From positions 63,054,001-63,118,000 of the forward strand of contig OZ241827.1 of the NCBI GenBank assembly GCA_965202585.1: a DNA stretch of 64,000 nucleotides, read 5' to 3'. The position numbers and the translations under genes are program-made. Each line of letters begins with the position of its first letter. Position 1 is the stretch's first letter. This DNA comes from Thalia democratica (Eukaryota). Below are positions 38,741-51,166 of the stretch, one piece after another. The notes beneath the pieces are model-generated. The model did not search any database, was not told where the DNA came from, and was given only the letters and a program-made list of their open reading frames with translations.

Positions 38741-41324
38741 TGGTCACGTTTTAATACCCTTTTAGTTTTAATCACAATCAATAGAACATTGCTTTATTTT
38801 TATTCAAAGTATTTCTTTTATTAACTTTATTAATTTCAATGATATTTATATACATAAAAATATGTTTTATATTTTACATATGTAATGAACTAATATTAGT
38901 AACAATTAATACTACGTGGAAACCATAAGACAAAGTATTAATTCTTTACTAACAGAAAAAAGACATAAGCATGATTTGTTTTAAACTCCTGATAACCAAT
39001 CATTTAAAAACTGATTTTGTTAAGTTCATTTAAGTAAAAATAGTAAAACAGCCAGAGTTTTTCAATAAAAACTTCAAACTAGTATAAGCTAGCTTGATTT
39101 TTACAAAATTTGACGAATTCTGAGAATTTCTAAGTTTAAAGCAACACTAAAATGTATTATTTTACACTAAACATTTTAAACAGTTAAACTAAACAAAAGT
39201 CACATTTACATACAAAAAACAAAAAAAATATACTTTATATAAAATGTATTAGTTTTAACCATAGAAATAAATAGCTTGTTTTTAATATTTCATCATATTT
39301 TTTTTACTAGTTTAATTGATTAACAACTGGTGGTTTAACAAACGTATAAAATGTTAAAGAAAAAATTTAAAAGATTCAAAATTTTACATAAGCTTTTATT
39401 TGTAGCCTTTTAACAAAAATAAAGACAAGTAAACGTTATAAATCTTTAAATACTTAAAATAAGTGTTTACTGTATGATTTTAAGCAACTTTTTAAACAAA
39501 TTTTTAATATAGTTTATTTTCTTTTAACTTATGTGTAAAATACATGGTCATATGTAAAGACAAATTAGTAATAGTTTCTGTTTAAATTTTTAAATGTTGA
39601 AACTATTTTTAAAAAATCGTTATTTCTTCTTATAATTTTATATCGACAAGAAAATGTTTTTTGCTTGTCGACATATTTTTTAGCAATTATTTTGTTTGCT
39701 TAAGTAACTAAACAAACACAGTACTTACCATTTTTTAACAGTGTAATCTATATTGTAATATTATTTGATTAAAAACTATATTTTAAAGTTTGAAAACGAA
39801 ACGTTTTGAGAACCAATTTGGATAAAAAATACATAAAGTTGTGAATTCTTTATCGCTAGGTATACTTTAAAGAGTTTAATTTTGCAAGTAAAATAAAAAA
39901 ATATAATACGTTCCAACTATTCTTTATTATCATTAATCTTTACTATTATTAATATTTACTTGATTATTGTTAATCTTATCAAGTTATACTGAAATTCGAT
40001 ATAAATACTAATTTTAGTAAGCTTCGTTAAAAAACAAGCATCTTTTTACTAAGATAATTACTAATTTTTAGCACTTCCTTACGTTAAAACTTCCTTGTGG
40101 CAATTATATATACATATATATAGCAACAAATATTTCAAATAGATATACCATAAATACCTTACTAAAAGTATGTGTATATCAAAAGATAATAATAATAGTA
40201 TTTGAATTCTTAATGTTTTTAGTTATTTATGTTTTGTCAGATACTTATGTGATATGTTTTAATTTTAATTTTAGTTTAAGATGCATTGTTTCGATTGAAA
40301 TGTACTTTAATAATAAAACTAAATAAAATTTCAATTTATTGAATTTTGTAAACATTAAAAAGCATAAAACCTGTTATTCACAATTCTCAGATCTAGAGCA
40401 TAAAAACTTTTAATAGTGTAAAAAATGAAATATATTTTAAATTTAATGGATTTATTATGCTTAAACTCTTATTCAATCATTTTTTTAAGTGACTCATATT
40501 CACAAGTTGCAGTTTCTTTTGTATTTGTGCAGATTCGAACATTTTTTGTTTATAACTGGTTGCAGTGTTAGACGTAGACTATGTCGGTACACCATCTATA
40601 TGTAAGTTTACACTAAAAGTTGCAATATATAATGATAAAAATAGTCATAAATAAATGTATGATCTGGAAGAGTTTCCAGAAGCAAATTTATCTCAATAAT
40701 CAGTGTTTATTTTTTTTCATATTTTAAGATAAATTTGTTATTCATTAACAGCTTTTAAAGCCAAACGGATTTCAAATGGCAACTTTGCAGCTTAGTAAAA
40801 GTTAAGTGTTTATCGTATAAGTATTTGCTTTATTCACATTTTAATACAAAAGCTTAATAGTTTTCCTTTTTCAATTAAAGTTTTTCATTTTTAATTAAAG
40901 AATTTATCATGTGTTTCTGCTAAAAAAACTAAGCTAGTTTTTGCAACTTAGTCTACTTCAGATTAAACAATTTATAAGTTAACTAATCTACTTGCATTGT
41001 TTCAAATGATCATCGCTATTTGTTTTAAGAAAAAGTAAAAAAATAAAGTACTAATTAGTTTTGGAAATACATTATAAGAAAAGAATTATTTGTTTAGTTT
41101 CTTTTTACTCAATTTTGCCTTGTTTAAGTAAATACAAAGGTGATACAAGTGAAGTATAAAAGAATGTTAAGTCTAAAATTTAAAACGTTTGAACAAGTGA
41201 TAATTTTTATTAATAAAACATATGATGAGATAACATTATTAAGATATTTATATATATTAATTCAAGTTTTATCAGTTTTATCATAAACATTAATTTTAAA
41301 GAGTATTTTATAATTTACTGAAAA

Positions 41325-41531
41325 AAGAATCCACTTATGACCATTAACTCGAGTCATTTAAATGACTATGACGCCATTTGTACGCAGAATTAAGACGACT
41401 GCTTGCCACAAAACTCCATGAATCACCACAACCATTTAGTAATGAATCAAATACAACCTGATTTAGATAATTACGATTATCAGCAAGCTTATAGGGACCA
41501 GGTGCAGCCAAGTCACCTTTCACTAGGTCAT
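41325..41531 (+). pseudogene. Truncated 5' fragment of the homeobox gene (start of exon 1 only)
   Basis: Homologous to 42872-43070. The ATG is replaced (tttactgaaaaaagaatcc vs tttactgaaaatgaatcc) and there is an in-frame TAA where the intact copy has TGT. Homology ends abruptly and is followed by a second copy of the upstream region. Confidence 0.8.
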
Positions 41532-42871
41532 TTATCTATTCTTTAGAAAATTATTAAGTTTCAATTACATTAGTCATTACTAATCTTACCAAGTTATACT
41601 GAAATTCGATATAAATACTAATTTCAGTAAGCTTTATAGGAAACATGCATCATTTTACTAAGATAATTACCAATTTTAAACACTTCCTCATGTTAAAATT
41701 TGCTTGTGACTTTACATATATATCTATGTTTAAAATTTTATACCATAAATACCTCACTTGCAGTATGTGTATATCAAAATATATAAATAATAGTTTTTTT
41801 AATTTCTAATTTTATAATTAACTATACTTTGTCAGATAGTTATGTGATATGTTGTTATGTTTATTTTATTATAAGATGCATTGTTTGGATTAAAATGCAC
41901 TTTAGTAATTGAGTATGTTGGTACATAAAACTAATTAAAATTTCAATTTTATTCAATTTCATAAACATTTAAAAGTATAAAACCTGTTGTTTACAATTCT
42001 CAGATCTGGAGCTTAAAAATTCTTGACAGCGTATAAAAAAAATATCTTTTTGACATTTGATTAATGTTTTAAACTTAAATTTTTGTTCTTACATTTTTGG
42101 TTCAAGTAACTCAAATCAGAAATGAGCATTTTTTTTTAATTTTTGCAGATTTAATTGACTTTTGCTCATAACTGGTTGCCGTGTTAGACGTAGACTATGT
42201 CGGATACCAACTGTAAGTAAATCTATACTTAAAGTTGCAATAATTATTTGTAAAAACAGTCATAAAATAGTATATGACTTAAAAGAGTTTTCAGAAGTAA
42301 ACAATTTTCAACACTGAGTATTTTATATTTCTAATTTATTATTTATGTTAAAGTTGATATTCTTTCATAGCTAATTTGATTCGAAATGGCAATTACGCAG
42401 CTTAATAATAACTAAATGTTTATCATATTACTATATTTACTTTCATAAAACTTTGACACCAAAGCTTATAAGTTTTACAACCAATTTTACATAAAGTTAA
42501 GTAATGTATTTAAAGTAAATTAATTTACTTGCATTGTTTTAAATGATTATTGATCTTTGTGAATTGAAAAGGTTTAAAAATTAGAACTGAGTAATTTTAA
42601 AAATACTATATAAGAAAAGAAATGTTGGTGCTTATAATTTTTTTTTTTTTTTAATTAGATTTTATTTAATTTAATTTGATAAAAAGGTGATAAAAACTTA
42701 GTAATAAAAGAATGTAAAAACTAAACGTTGAAACGTTCGAACAAGTGATATTTTTTATTAATAAATTATATGATTAGATAACAGTATTAAAATAATTATA
42801 CATATTTATTTAAGTTCTTTCAGTTTTATTAAAAACATCAATCTTACAGAGGTTTTTATAATTTACTGAAA

Positions 42872-44427
42872 ATGAATCCAGTTACGACCATTGACCCGAG
42901 TCAACTTAATGATTATGACGTCAAATGTACGCGGAATTGTGACGACAGCTTGTCACAAAACTCCATGAATCATCGAAACCGACAACCTGATTTAAACTGT
43001 TATGACTACCAACAAGCTTATATGAACCAGGTGCAACCAAATCAGCTTCAAACAGGTCATTACCCGACCAATGCTCAGTTCACAGATCAGATTGTTAACA
43101 ACACTCGAAAAGATGACGGTTGTTTTTTTCAACAGCAATCTTGTGATTCTGAATGGCAAGATTTTAGCTTTCAAAATGATGATCAGTATAGCAGAAAAGA
43201 TACGTCTTTTCAAAATAACGGTCAGTGTGTCAAGCAAGATATGTATCCACAGGACAGTTACAACATTCATGACCAGCAGCTGTATAATCCTTTACAACTT
43301 GATAGCAGTCAACTTATTCGCCAGCAACAAATTTCTACAAATAGTTTTGCAAATCCACAACAACTTGATAGCAGTAAGCTTATTTGCCAGCAATTAATAA
43401 ATACAAATAATTATTATTGTTACGATTCACATAAAAGTTACATGCCAACAGGTATATATTTTTTTGATGACAAACATGTAACTTTTAACAAAAAATAGTT
43501 TTAATATATATGATAGGATATACTAGTGGACGAAGTAACACGGTGGTTCATTCTGCAAATTATTCTACAAATTATGTAAGTAGAAAACACTTGCTAAACT
43601 TTAGTAAATTTAGTCTCAAGTTCAGAGTAATGTTTTTTAAACTTTAAAGATTGTTTTATATTACTTTAAATATCAACTAATCTCTAACACTAAATATTTT
43701 CAGGGATTTCAGAAGCCTATGGAGAGCCAAAATAATTTCTCATCAGTTAGAAAACTTTCTAAGCTAAGAAAGTGAGTTAAATAATTGATTAAAATTTCTT
43801 CTCCCTATTTTTGTTATAAAATACTTAGAAATTTTTAGTAACTTTATAGCATTAAAACTACAGGTCTTTTAAAATGTAAAAACATATAGAAAAAGAATAA
43901 CTATGACCTCCGATCAACTGTATCATATGGAGAATTGTTTTTACAACATAACTGCTTATCCATCAGTGTATAAAGCGAATGAACTTGCACAAATAACTCA
44001 TCTTTCGTTCAAAGAACTCACGGTTAGTGTTATCTCAATAGTTATTAGAATAAATCAGTTGAATTAACTTTCGTTAATTTTGCGTTCTTTCGAAGCACAT
44101 AATCAATTGCAGCTTTTTTTTCTGTATGAAAACTAACTTTGACATATTTCTCTAATTAATATTTGTTTTAAATGTTTTATTATATTACATATTTACTATG
44201 ATGTCTTTGTTTAGAATTTTTTATACTTTTATTTTGTTTCTAGGTAACCGAATTTAACGAGTTTTTGCTGTTCAATGAGTTAATTTACTCTGAAGATTAC
44301 GATGTTAATTTTACTAAGTCTTTATTTTTACCTTATCTGTTATTTAATATCTATACATTTTTTTCAGACCTGGTTTAAGAATAGACGCACAAGAGATCGT
44401 AAACTTGGATTGGAATTAAAAAGATGA
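42872..44427 (+). CDS. Divergent PRD-class K50 homeobox protein, copy A (299 aa)
   Basis: Exons 42872-43451, 43517-43575, 43704-43771, 43890-44022 and 44368-44427; all GT-AG and phase-consistent (900 nt). C-terminal homeodomain LRKKRITMTSDQLYHMENCFYNITAYPSVYKANELAQITHLSFKELT/TWFKNRRTRDRK with R5, L13, F20, W48, F49, K50, N51 and R53, and an intron between codons 46 and 47. Confidence 0.9.
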
Positions 44428-45419
44428 CAATTTAGATATCTAACTTTGTTTTTCGATAATTTATTTTATTTTTTTTTTCGCATAATGAAAAGGTTTACTA
44501 ATGCTTTTAATCTACTGAATGTAGATTAAGGAAATTGCAAACGTGGATTGGAAACTAGAAGATAATGAATATGAATTTAAACATTTTCCTTTAGATAAAT
44601 GTACTATATAAAAACGTACTATTAAACTATACAAGGTATAACAGTTTTAGTAAATAAAGAAAGTGCACTTATGTGTTTGGTTTAATTAATATGAAAGCTT
44701 TGCTAAATCATATCCATTAGCTAATGTTAATCTAACAATAATGTTCGATTACACGTTGTTAAATTAAGCCATTTTAGTGATTTTTTTGACTTTTATTTCT
44801 GTTTATTACCATGTTGATTGGTCTGTTACTGCTAACTTAAAATTGATTGTTTTTGGAATGTAGAAAAACAATATATGCTAAAAAGTATATTTTTTATTAA
44901 ATTATACAGTTGTACTAATGAAAATTGTCAATACGTTTTGTTTCAATAAAACTTTGTTGTTTAAGTTTTATTTATACTATTTTGTTTGATTATAAAATAT
45001 GCAGTTTAATAAATTTTATTTTCCATCAGTTGTAGTCAAATATTACTAATGATAAGAATAAGTAAAAATTTTATATTATTATTTAAGAAAAAAACATCAT
45101 TTACTAATCCTACAATGTTAAAATATTCAACAGTTTTATTACTTATTTTATTTAATTAGTCATTTGGTGTATCAAGACAATAGATTATAATAACTTATTT
45201 AAATTTTAGAAAAAAATTAAAGCTTCTATGAAGATTTTTGTTTTTTAAAATAAATTAAAATATTAACATAGGATAAAAAAGTTTATTAAACAGCAAGTTT
45301 TAAATCAAAATCGGTAGATGTCAAGCTTGATAAAATAAAAAAAAATCAGAGACTCGGGTTACAAATTAAGCAATTCAGACAAAATGAAACATATTGGGCT
45401 GGCTAGCGTTGGTATAATA

Positions 45420-45712
45420 TTAAAAAGCTCGCTATTAACCGGCATTGGCTACGCGTAATTGTGCATAGAGAATAAAAATAAATTATAAAAACAAGTTAAA
45501 AAGCATAGTAAAGCAGAAAATAATACAAACAGATAATAGATAAAAATACAAATAACTAAAACTCCGGTTTCTTAAAGTATTATTTATCCCTATCTTCAAG
45601 TCTTCTGTTTACAAAAGATTTCCATTAGGCTCGGTCATTTGCAAGCAACTCTAACTCATCATATATTATATTCAAGCTCTTTAGATCGCGCTTACATAGG
45701 CGAATATAAACT
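45420..45712 (-). mobile_element. RTE-clade LINE 3' fragment
   Basis: KLVYIRLCKRDLKSLNIIYDELELLANDRA*WKSFVNRRL matches the RTE C-terminal pattern KLRYKDVCKRDLK..I....WE.LA.DR..W. A paralogous copy lies at 62750-63030. Confidence 0.65.
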
Positions 45713-45728
45713 AATTTTATGACAAACT

Positions 45729-47848
45729 TAATTAAATATATCTTTTTTGGTTGAGTTTACTCACAAACTAATTACAAGAATGATAAAGTCTGTAATACAA
45801 AACATAACTAAAATTAGGTAAATACTTCTACATCTCTCCTAAGATTTTATCTACTAAAGAGATAAAACTATAAATTTACCTAGCAAAACAATTTTTTTAT
45901 TAAACAATTTGTTACAACTTAAACACTTTTTTCAGGTCTAAAATTCAACGAAATTTAACTCAAAAAGGCAAAAACATTTCAAAAATTACGATTAACTTAG
46001 TTCACTAATAAATGATTTGTTAAAACAAACTACAACTTAAACAAACAAACTGTAACAAAAAATTTGAGACTTAATTTTTACTTTTCTTCACTCAGTTGCT
46101 GAACACAAGCATTTAAAAACTTAATTGCTTCACCGATTTGAACTTTTCAGCTTTGAAGAACGAAACTACACGTCATTCATCTAACCACCTTGAAACTTCA
46201 CTTATTTTGCTAATAAACATCTTTATCATATTTTCGACTTTAAACAAAGTAGAAGGTGCATTACTGATAGCATTAAACACTGACGAAATACTGCTACACT
46301 TATTTTCCAAATACTCGATACCAACCAACAGTTCGAGTTTTTGAAAGTCAATCTCTGCGTCCTTATCCAAGATTACTTTGAACAGATGGCTGTTAGACTA
46401 GTCTGCTGCAAAGTCAACTAAAAACTTTAGGACGTCACCATTGGACTGAAACTCATTTATTAGACCATATATAAAACAATAATTTACAGTGAATATTCAA
46501 ACTTGACAATAAATGAATATCAGCAACATCGGTGGCACGAAACTTATGAAAATCATCGTAAAGTTTTACACGGAAACGGTGCAAATAATCCGATAATTTC
46601 ACACACTCATCCCGAACACATTGTTGTTCGCAGTAAACTTTGGCTGTCTGTTTGCTCTCTGTAAAAAATATAAGTCAAGAAAATATAGATCGAAGCAAAT
46701 CCGAGCCATTCCAGTTCTGCATCAATTTCGAAGAAAACCATTAGTACAGAAGGAAATTACACAATGCTTCACAAAAAGAATCTTCCTTATATAAAAACTT
46801 AGAACATTAAAACTTTTCTTGACATCTTTTTCTCAACCTTACAGAAAAGACAAACTTTTACAGTGGTATGTTTGCCTTTCTCAGATAAGGGATACTACTT
46901 AGAGAATTGCAAACAGGAGGGGTAAATCTTCTCAGAAACTTACGATTTTGAGCAGTTAAGCGACCTGATCCATCAACTTTGACAACACATTGATGGCAGT
47001 CCTTCACTTCCACCACCACTTCACTATTCCCCCAGTTGCTAGGAAAGTTACCTGTTCGATTTAGTATCACGACATGATCACCGCAATTCAGTGGTGGCAA
47101 CGATTTTGTGTTCTCACTTATATTTTCCAGAGACTTAACAAAACAGATACTGAGAGATTCTTCCTTTTTATTCCAAACGTCACGCCACATTTTTGAGATC
47201 TGCGGGTTATTGTAGGTCATAACACTCTTTCTGACGTAAGGTAATGACTTCTTTAAATTTCGTCGCGATCCAGTGTGTAAAAGTACGTTTTTCTGTCCCT
47301 GTACCTCCTTTTTCTTCTTCGCGTTTTTCCGCTCGAACAAATTTTTTCTACAACCTCGGCTGCAAAGGCCATCACAGTTTTGTGTATACAATCCACCAAC
47401 TAGAAATGCATTTGACTCATCAGCATAATTTTGATGACTTTGATAAACTTTTTTACGGGACTTTATCCAGCATTTTTTAAAGGCAAAACACTCAATATAC
47501 CTCATATTTTTACTGCTCCAAACAAATTTATCAGTTGATTTATTACGTATGCTACAAGTTGTTTTACCACTTGGTTTTTGTGTGGTTTTCCTTAAGGATT
47601 TGCATACATTTGCTGAGTACATTGTTGTGAATGATAAGCAAAGAGGCAACTACAGAAGCATCGACGTCTGGTGTTTCATATGTGCAACTCTCAAGAGGGC
47701 ATTTATCACAGGCATTGTTGATTCAATTCAGCTTGACTTTATCATAAATAAATATATCTTTCTTGGTTGAGTTTATTCACAAACTAATTACAAGAATGAT
47801 AAAGTCTGTAATACAAAACATAACTAAAATTAGGTAAATACTTCTACT
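45729..47848 (-). mobile_element. Older internally deleted Ty3/Gypsy LTR retrotransposon with about 104-bp LTRs
   Basis: Direct repeats 45729-45832 and 47745-47848 (offset 2016, about 4 mismatches), with a PPT-like AGGAGAGA directly before TGTAGAAG of the 3' LTR. The frameshifted gag start MPV(I)..CPLESCTYETPDVDASVVASLLIIHNNV at about 47715 is fused to an integrase C-terminus (WRDVWNKKEESL..LPPLNCGDHVVILNRTGNFPSNW..VVEV...VVKVDGSGRLTAQNRKFLRRF, 47200-46930). No RT is present. The element is absent from the paralogous site near 63030. Confidence 0.75.
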
Positions 47849-47949
47849 AAAAGTTAATATAACTAAATACTAAAAGTTAAAATTTTATTTATTTTAAGAG
47901 ACATAATTACACTGTTTCACCGCAATGTGGATTTTCAAATTGTTAACCT

Positions 47950-48456
47950 TGTGACGATCGCTCGGCCCTTCGGTACTTTCCCTAAACGGAGCCGGCGGTC
48001 GAGACTTCTCTGTTTCGCTAACAACGGGTTCAGGCGCGTTGGCTGACTCAGAGCGAGTAGTCATTTTGGCCAATTTTTTGGCAACTTGTTTGGAATTCAT
48101 ATCGCGCTACTTATCGATTAATATACCGCGAATGAATGGTCAAGTAGTATAAGTTAAAACACCAAAAACGTATAAACACAATTATTTATTAAAAGAACTC
48201 ACAACATAAAATATAAAACACCAAATACACTCTATAATCGTAAGTAAATGAACACAAATATAATATAATACTAAACTAGCAAAAAGTAAACACTGACTTT
48301 TGTCTATTCGTCTATGCGATCAAGAAGCGCATGCGATAAAAAGCATGCGATACAAAAGCGACGTAATCGTTCATGCGTAGTATATATAGTGCTTTAACAA
48401 TCCCTTTTTCCCAATTCTCTCAATTTATAACAGAGCATGTCTGTTAGACTGCTACA
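47950..48456 (-). repeat. 3' LTR
   Basis: Identical to 53226-53732 except 48099 (a) vs 53375 (t). On the minus strand, a TATATATA lies near 48380-48387 and an AATAAA near 48185-48190. Confidence 0.95.
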
Positions 48457-51166
48457 CTCCGTCTAGCCCGAAGAAGAAATGACTGTGGAGGCTTAGGGAT
48501 TTCAATAACGCATTTTCCGTGCGCTCCCCTTCCCCCACTCCAGTCATTTTTTTTTGAATTAAATGAGAGTATGGAAATTGTAAGGATGTTATTATCACTT
48601 ATACCACGAAATTCGATTACGTGCAATACTAAACAAGTTTTTAATACACAAAGCATAAAGCTTAAAATAACGTTGATGTAGTGTTTACTTGTAATGTAAG
48701 CTAAAAGAAAAAATTGTATGTACGAAAAAATTTGATGTAATTTAAAAGCGACAAAACATAAAAAATAAATACGAAGAAGTAAAAACTTAACGCTTAAGAT
48801 TCCTTCTTTTAGAAAACATGCTAATAATTTGTTGATATTGTAAAGTATGCAACAATACTTAAAAAAATGACAATGTAAATCAAAAGTAGCAATTAGCAAT
48901 ATCACACTAATACTTAATAAAACATATCAAAGAAGTTTTCACTCTTTTGTTTTATAATTTCATTTTTGTTTTTAAGGTATTAAAATTTTGTTTTAGATGT
49001 GCCATAAAATTAAAGAAACAATGATTTGAATTCAAAAAATAAAATATATAATAAAATAAACAAGCTTTAAAATTTTAATTAAAAAATTCAAAAGTTTACA
49101 CAATCCTAGAATTATGTTACTCAATCCCTAAAAAAGTTTACTGTTTGTTGGTTCTTAGCAACTTGAAACAGTTCTATAGTCTGTAGCCAATGTTTTTCTC
49201 CACTTCTCGTTGAGATAAAATGGGTGGTTCCCGCAATGAATATCACAGTTGTAATAAAACAACTAGATGCTAAAACGGTTAAGCATTTCCACTGAGTGGC
49301 TGTGACTGCTAGCGAAGTCTCTTCCACATCGTGATATTCGTGAAACAATGACGTGTCAGCGATTACCAGTGCTTCATCTTTTTTTCACGAATTTTGTACA
49401 GTAAACGTGTGAATCTCCATTTGCAACCAAGTAGGACTCATTGTGACAAATTAGGTCTCCTAAAGACTCTTTATGGCGTCAATACTTCCATCCATTGTGA
49501 TTGTTTATTTAAAAAACATATGTAATATAAAATACAATGTTAAATATAGCGTAAACATTAAAATAGTTTAATAAAATCGTCTAGTTTATTAACTAAACAT
49601 TGTATTTATAATGATATTTACTATTTTCACGTTAACGTAAAATATAAAGTAAGCCCTGATGTCAATCAATAACTGAAAGAATGCTTCAACCGGCCGATAT
49701 AATTTTAAAACAATTAAATCGCAGACTTTTTGTTTTTTGAAAAAACTTAGTTTTATTTTATTTTTATAGTTATTTGAAAATGACAACGATAATTAGCTTT
49801 CAATTTGCTTAACGAGGTATAATGTTTATTTAACAATAGCTATAATCATTGCTACACGTCGTAAAAACCAATCCGCTGAAGCATTCTCGCAATGTTACAA
49901 TTATACAAGAAAAGATGACATTTACGGACAAAAAAGGTTAACGATTTACAACTCATTTCCCTTACTTTGAACTGAAACAGAAAAAAACTCTAACTGGTTT
50001 TTAAAGACCTTAACAATTAAGAAAAGTCATTTGTTACAAAAAAGTTTAAACACTGTGTTTTAGTAAAAAACACTGCTCCTAATTAACTCAGTCAGAATTC
50101 TCATCGATCGCAGTTCAGAATTATTGTTGCATAATTTCACTACAACAATGCAAATTAAATTTTTTGACTTAACTTATTAAGTTTCAAATAGGCTTCATTA
50201 CATATTTCATAGTGCGTTTAAATTTTAATTTTTTTCCTTTAATAAGAAGTAAAACAACAATTGAGAAATAAATTGTCAAAAGAACATATCAGTGTATATA
50301 AAATGTGGGAGTTAAAATCAAAGCAATCGTTCTGCATTAATTTTAAAACAAGTACAGGAAATAAGTTGTTTTGAAACGATAAATCAACAACAACTCCTAT
50401 TTATTTAAGAATATATCAAAAGTAAACATTCGATATTTTAAAACAAAAAATCATATATATACTTGTTTACTTACGTAATAGATTGATCATATACTCCTTA
50501 AACATTACTTGTTTAACAATTTTTATTCTATGTTATTAGTATGAAAATCAAATAATAACAAAATTTGCTAATTCAAGGTAAAGAAGAATTCTTAGTTACT
50601 ACGTTTGAAAATTGTAACAATTTCAAACCTATTTAAAGCTTAATTCTATGTTAAAAAGTGTATCACGAATAAAAAATAACTTATTACGTTTAAACGAAAA
50701 GAAATATAAAAAATACTAATATTTAAGAAAATAGAAAAAAATTAACACAAACAATAAACAAAACTGACATTAATCGAAATTAATTTTTAAACTTTGCAAG
50801 CATTTTAAACGAAAACAACTAATTTTTAAAGAATGTAGATCAAAATACAAACAAAGAAAATAACAAACATGTATTCAACATTTTCTTAAAACTTGACCCT
50901 TCATTCAAGAAGAAAAAAATATGTTAATTTTGCTAAAAGACTAAACTTGTTAGTAACGCTTCTTTTTATGAAGAAAAACATCAACGCGTGTTTGATAAAT
51001 CGCAAGTTTAAAATACACGACCTTTTAACGTGAGCTTTTTCTTTTTTGCTGCGCAAAGCTAAACAAAAACTAAATTAGTTTTATTGCTAAACGCTAAAAC
51101 TCAAGTGCCGCTGATAATAATTTAATTGCTTTGTAGAATTAGTCATCGCTCGGTTCGTCAGCGTAA

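Noticed and set aside
46540-46790. Hydrophobic-then-basic plus-strand frame (TLIPNTLLFAVNFGCLFALCKKYKSRK) resembling GPCR TM5-ICL3
   Set aside because: Short, with no second motif; indistinguishable from chance.
46858-47649. Track ORF of 263 aa as a single protein
   Set aside because: It is a chance-open chimera: the N-terminal part is off-frame decayed gag and only the C-terminal about 110 aa is integrase tail.
48444-48905. 153-aa minus-strand ORF ending in the 3' LTR
   Set aside because: It is mostly F/L/I/K from AT-rich sequence, has no ATG-supported start and no motif.
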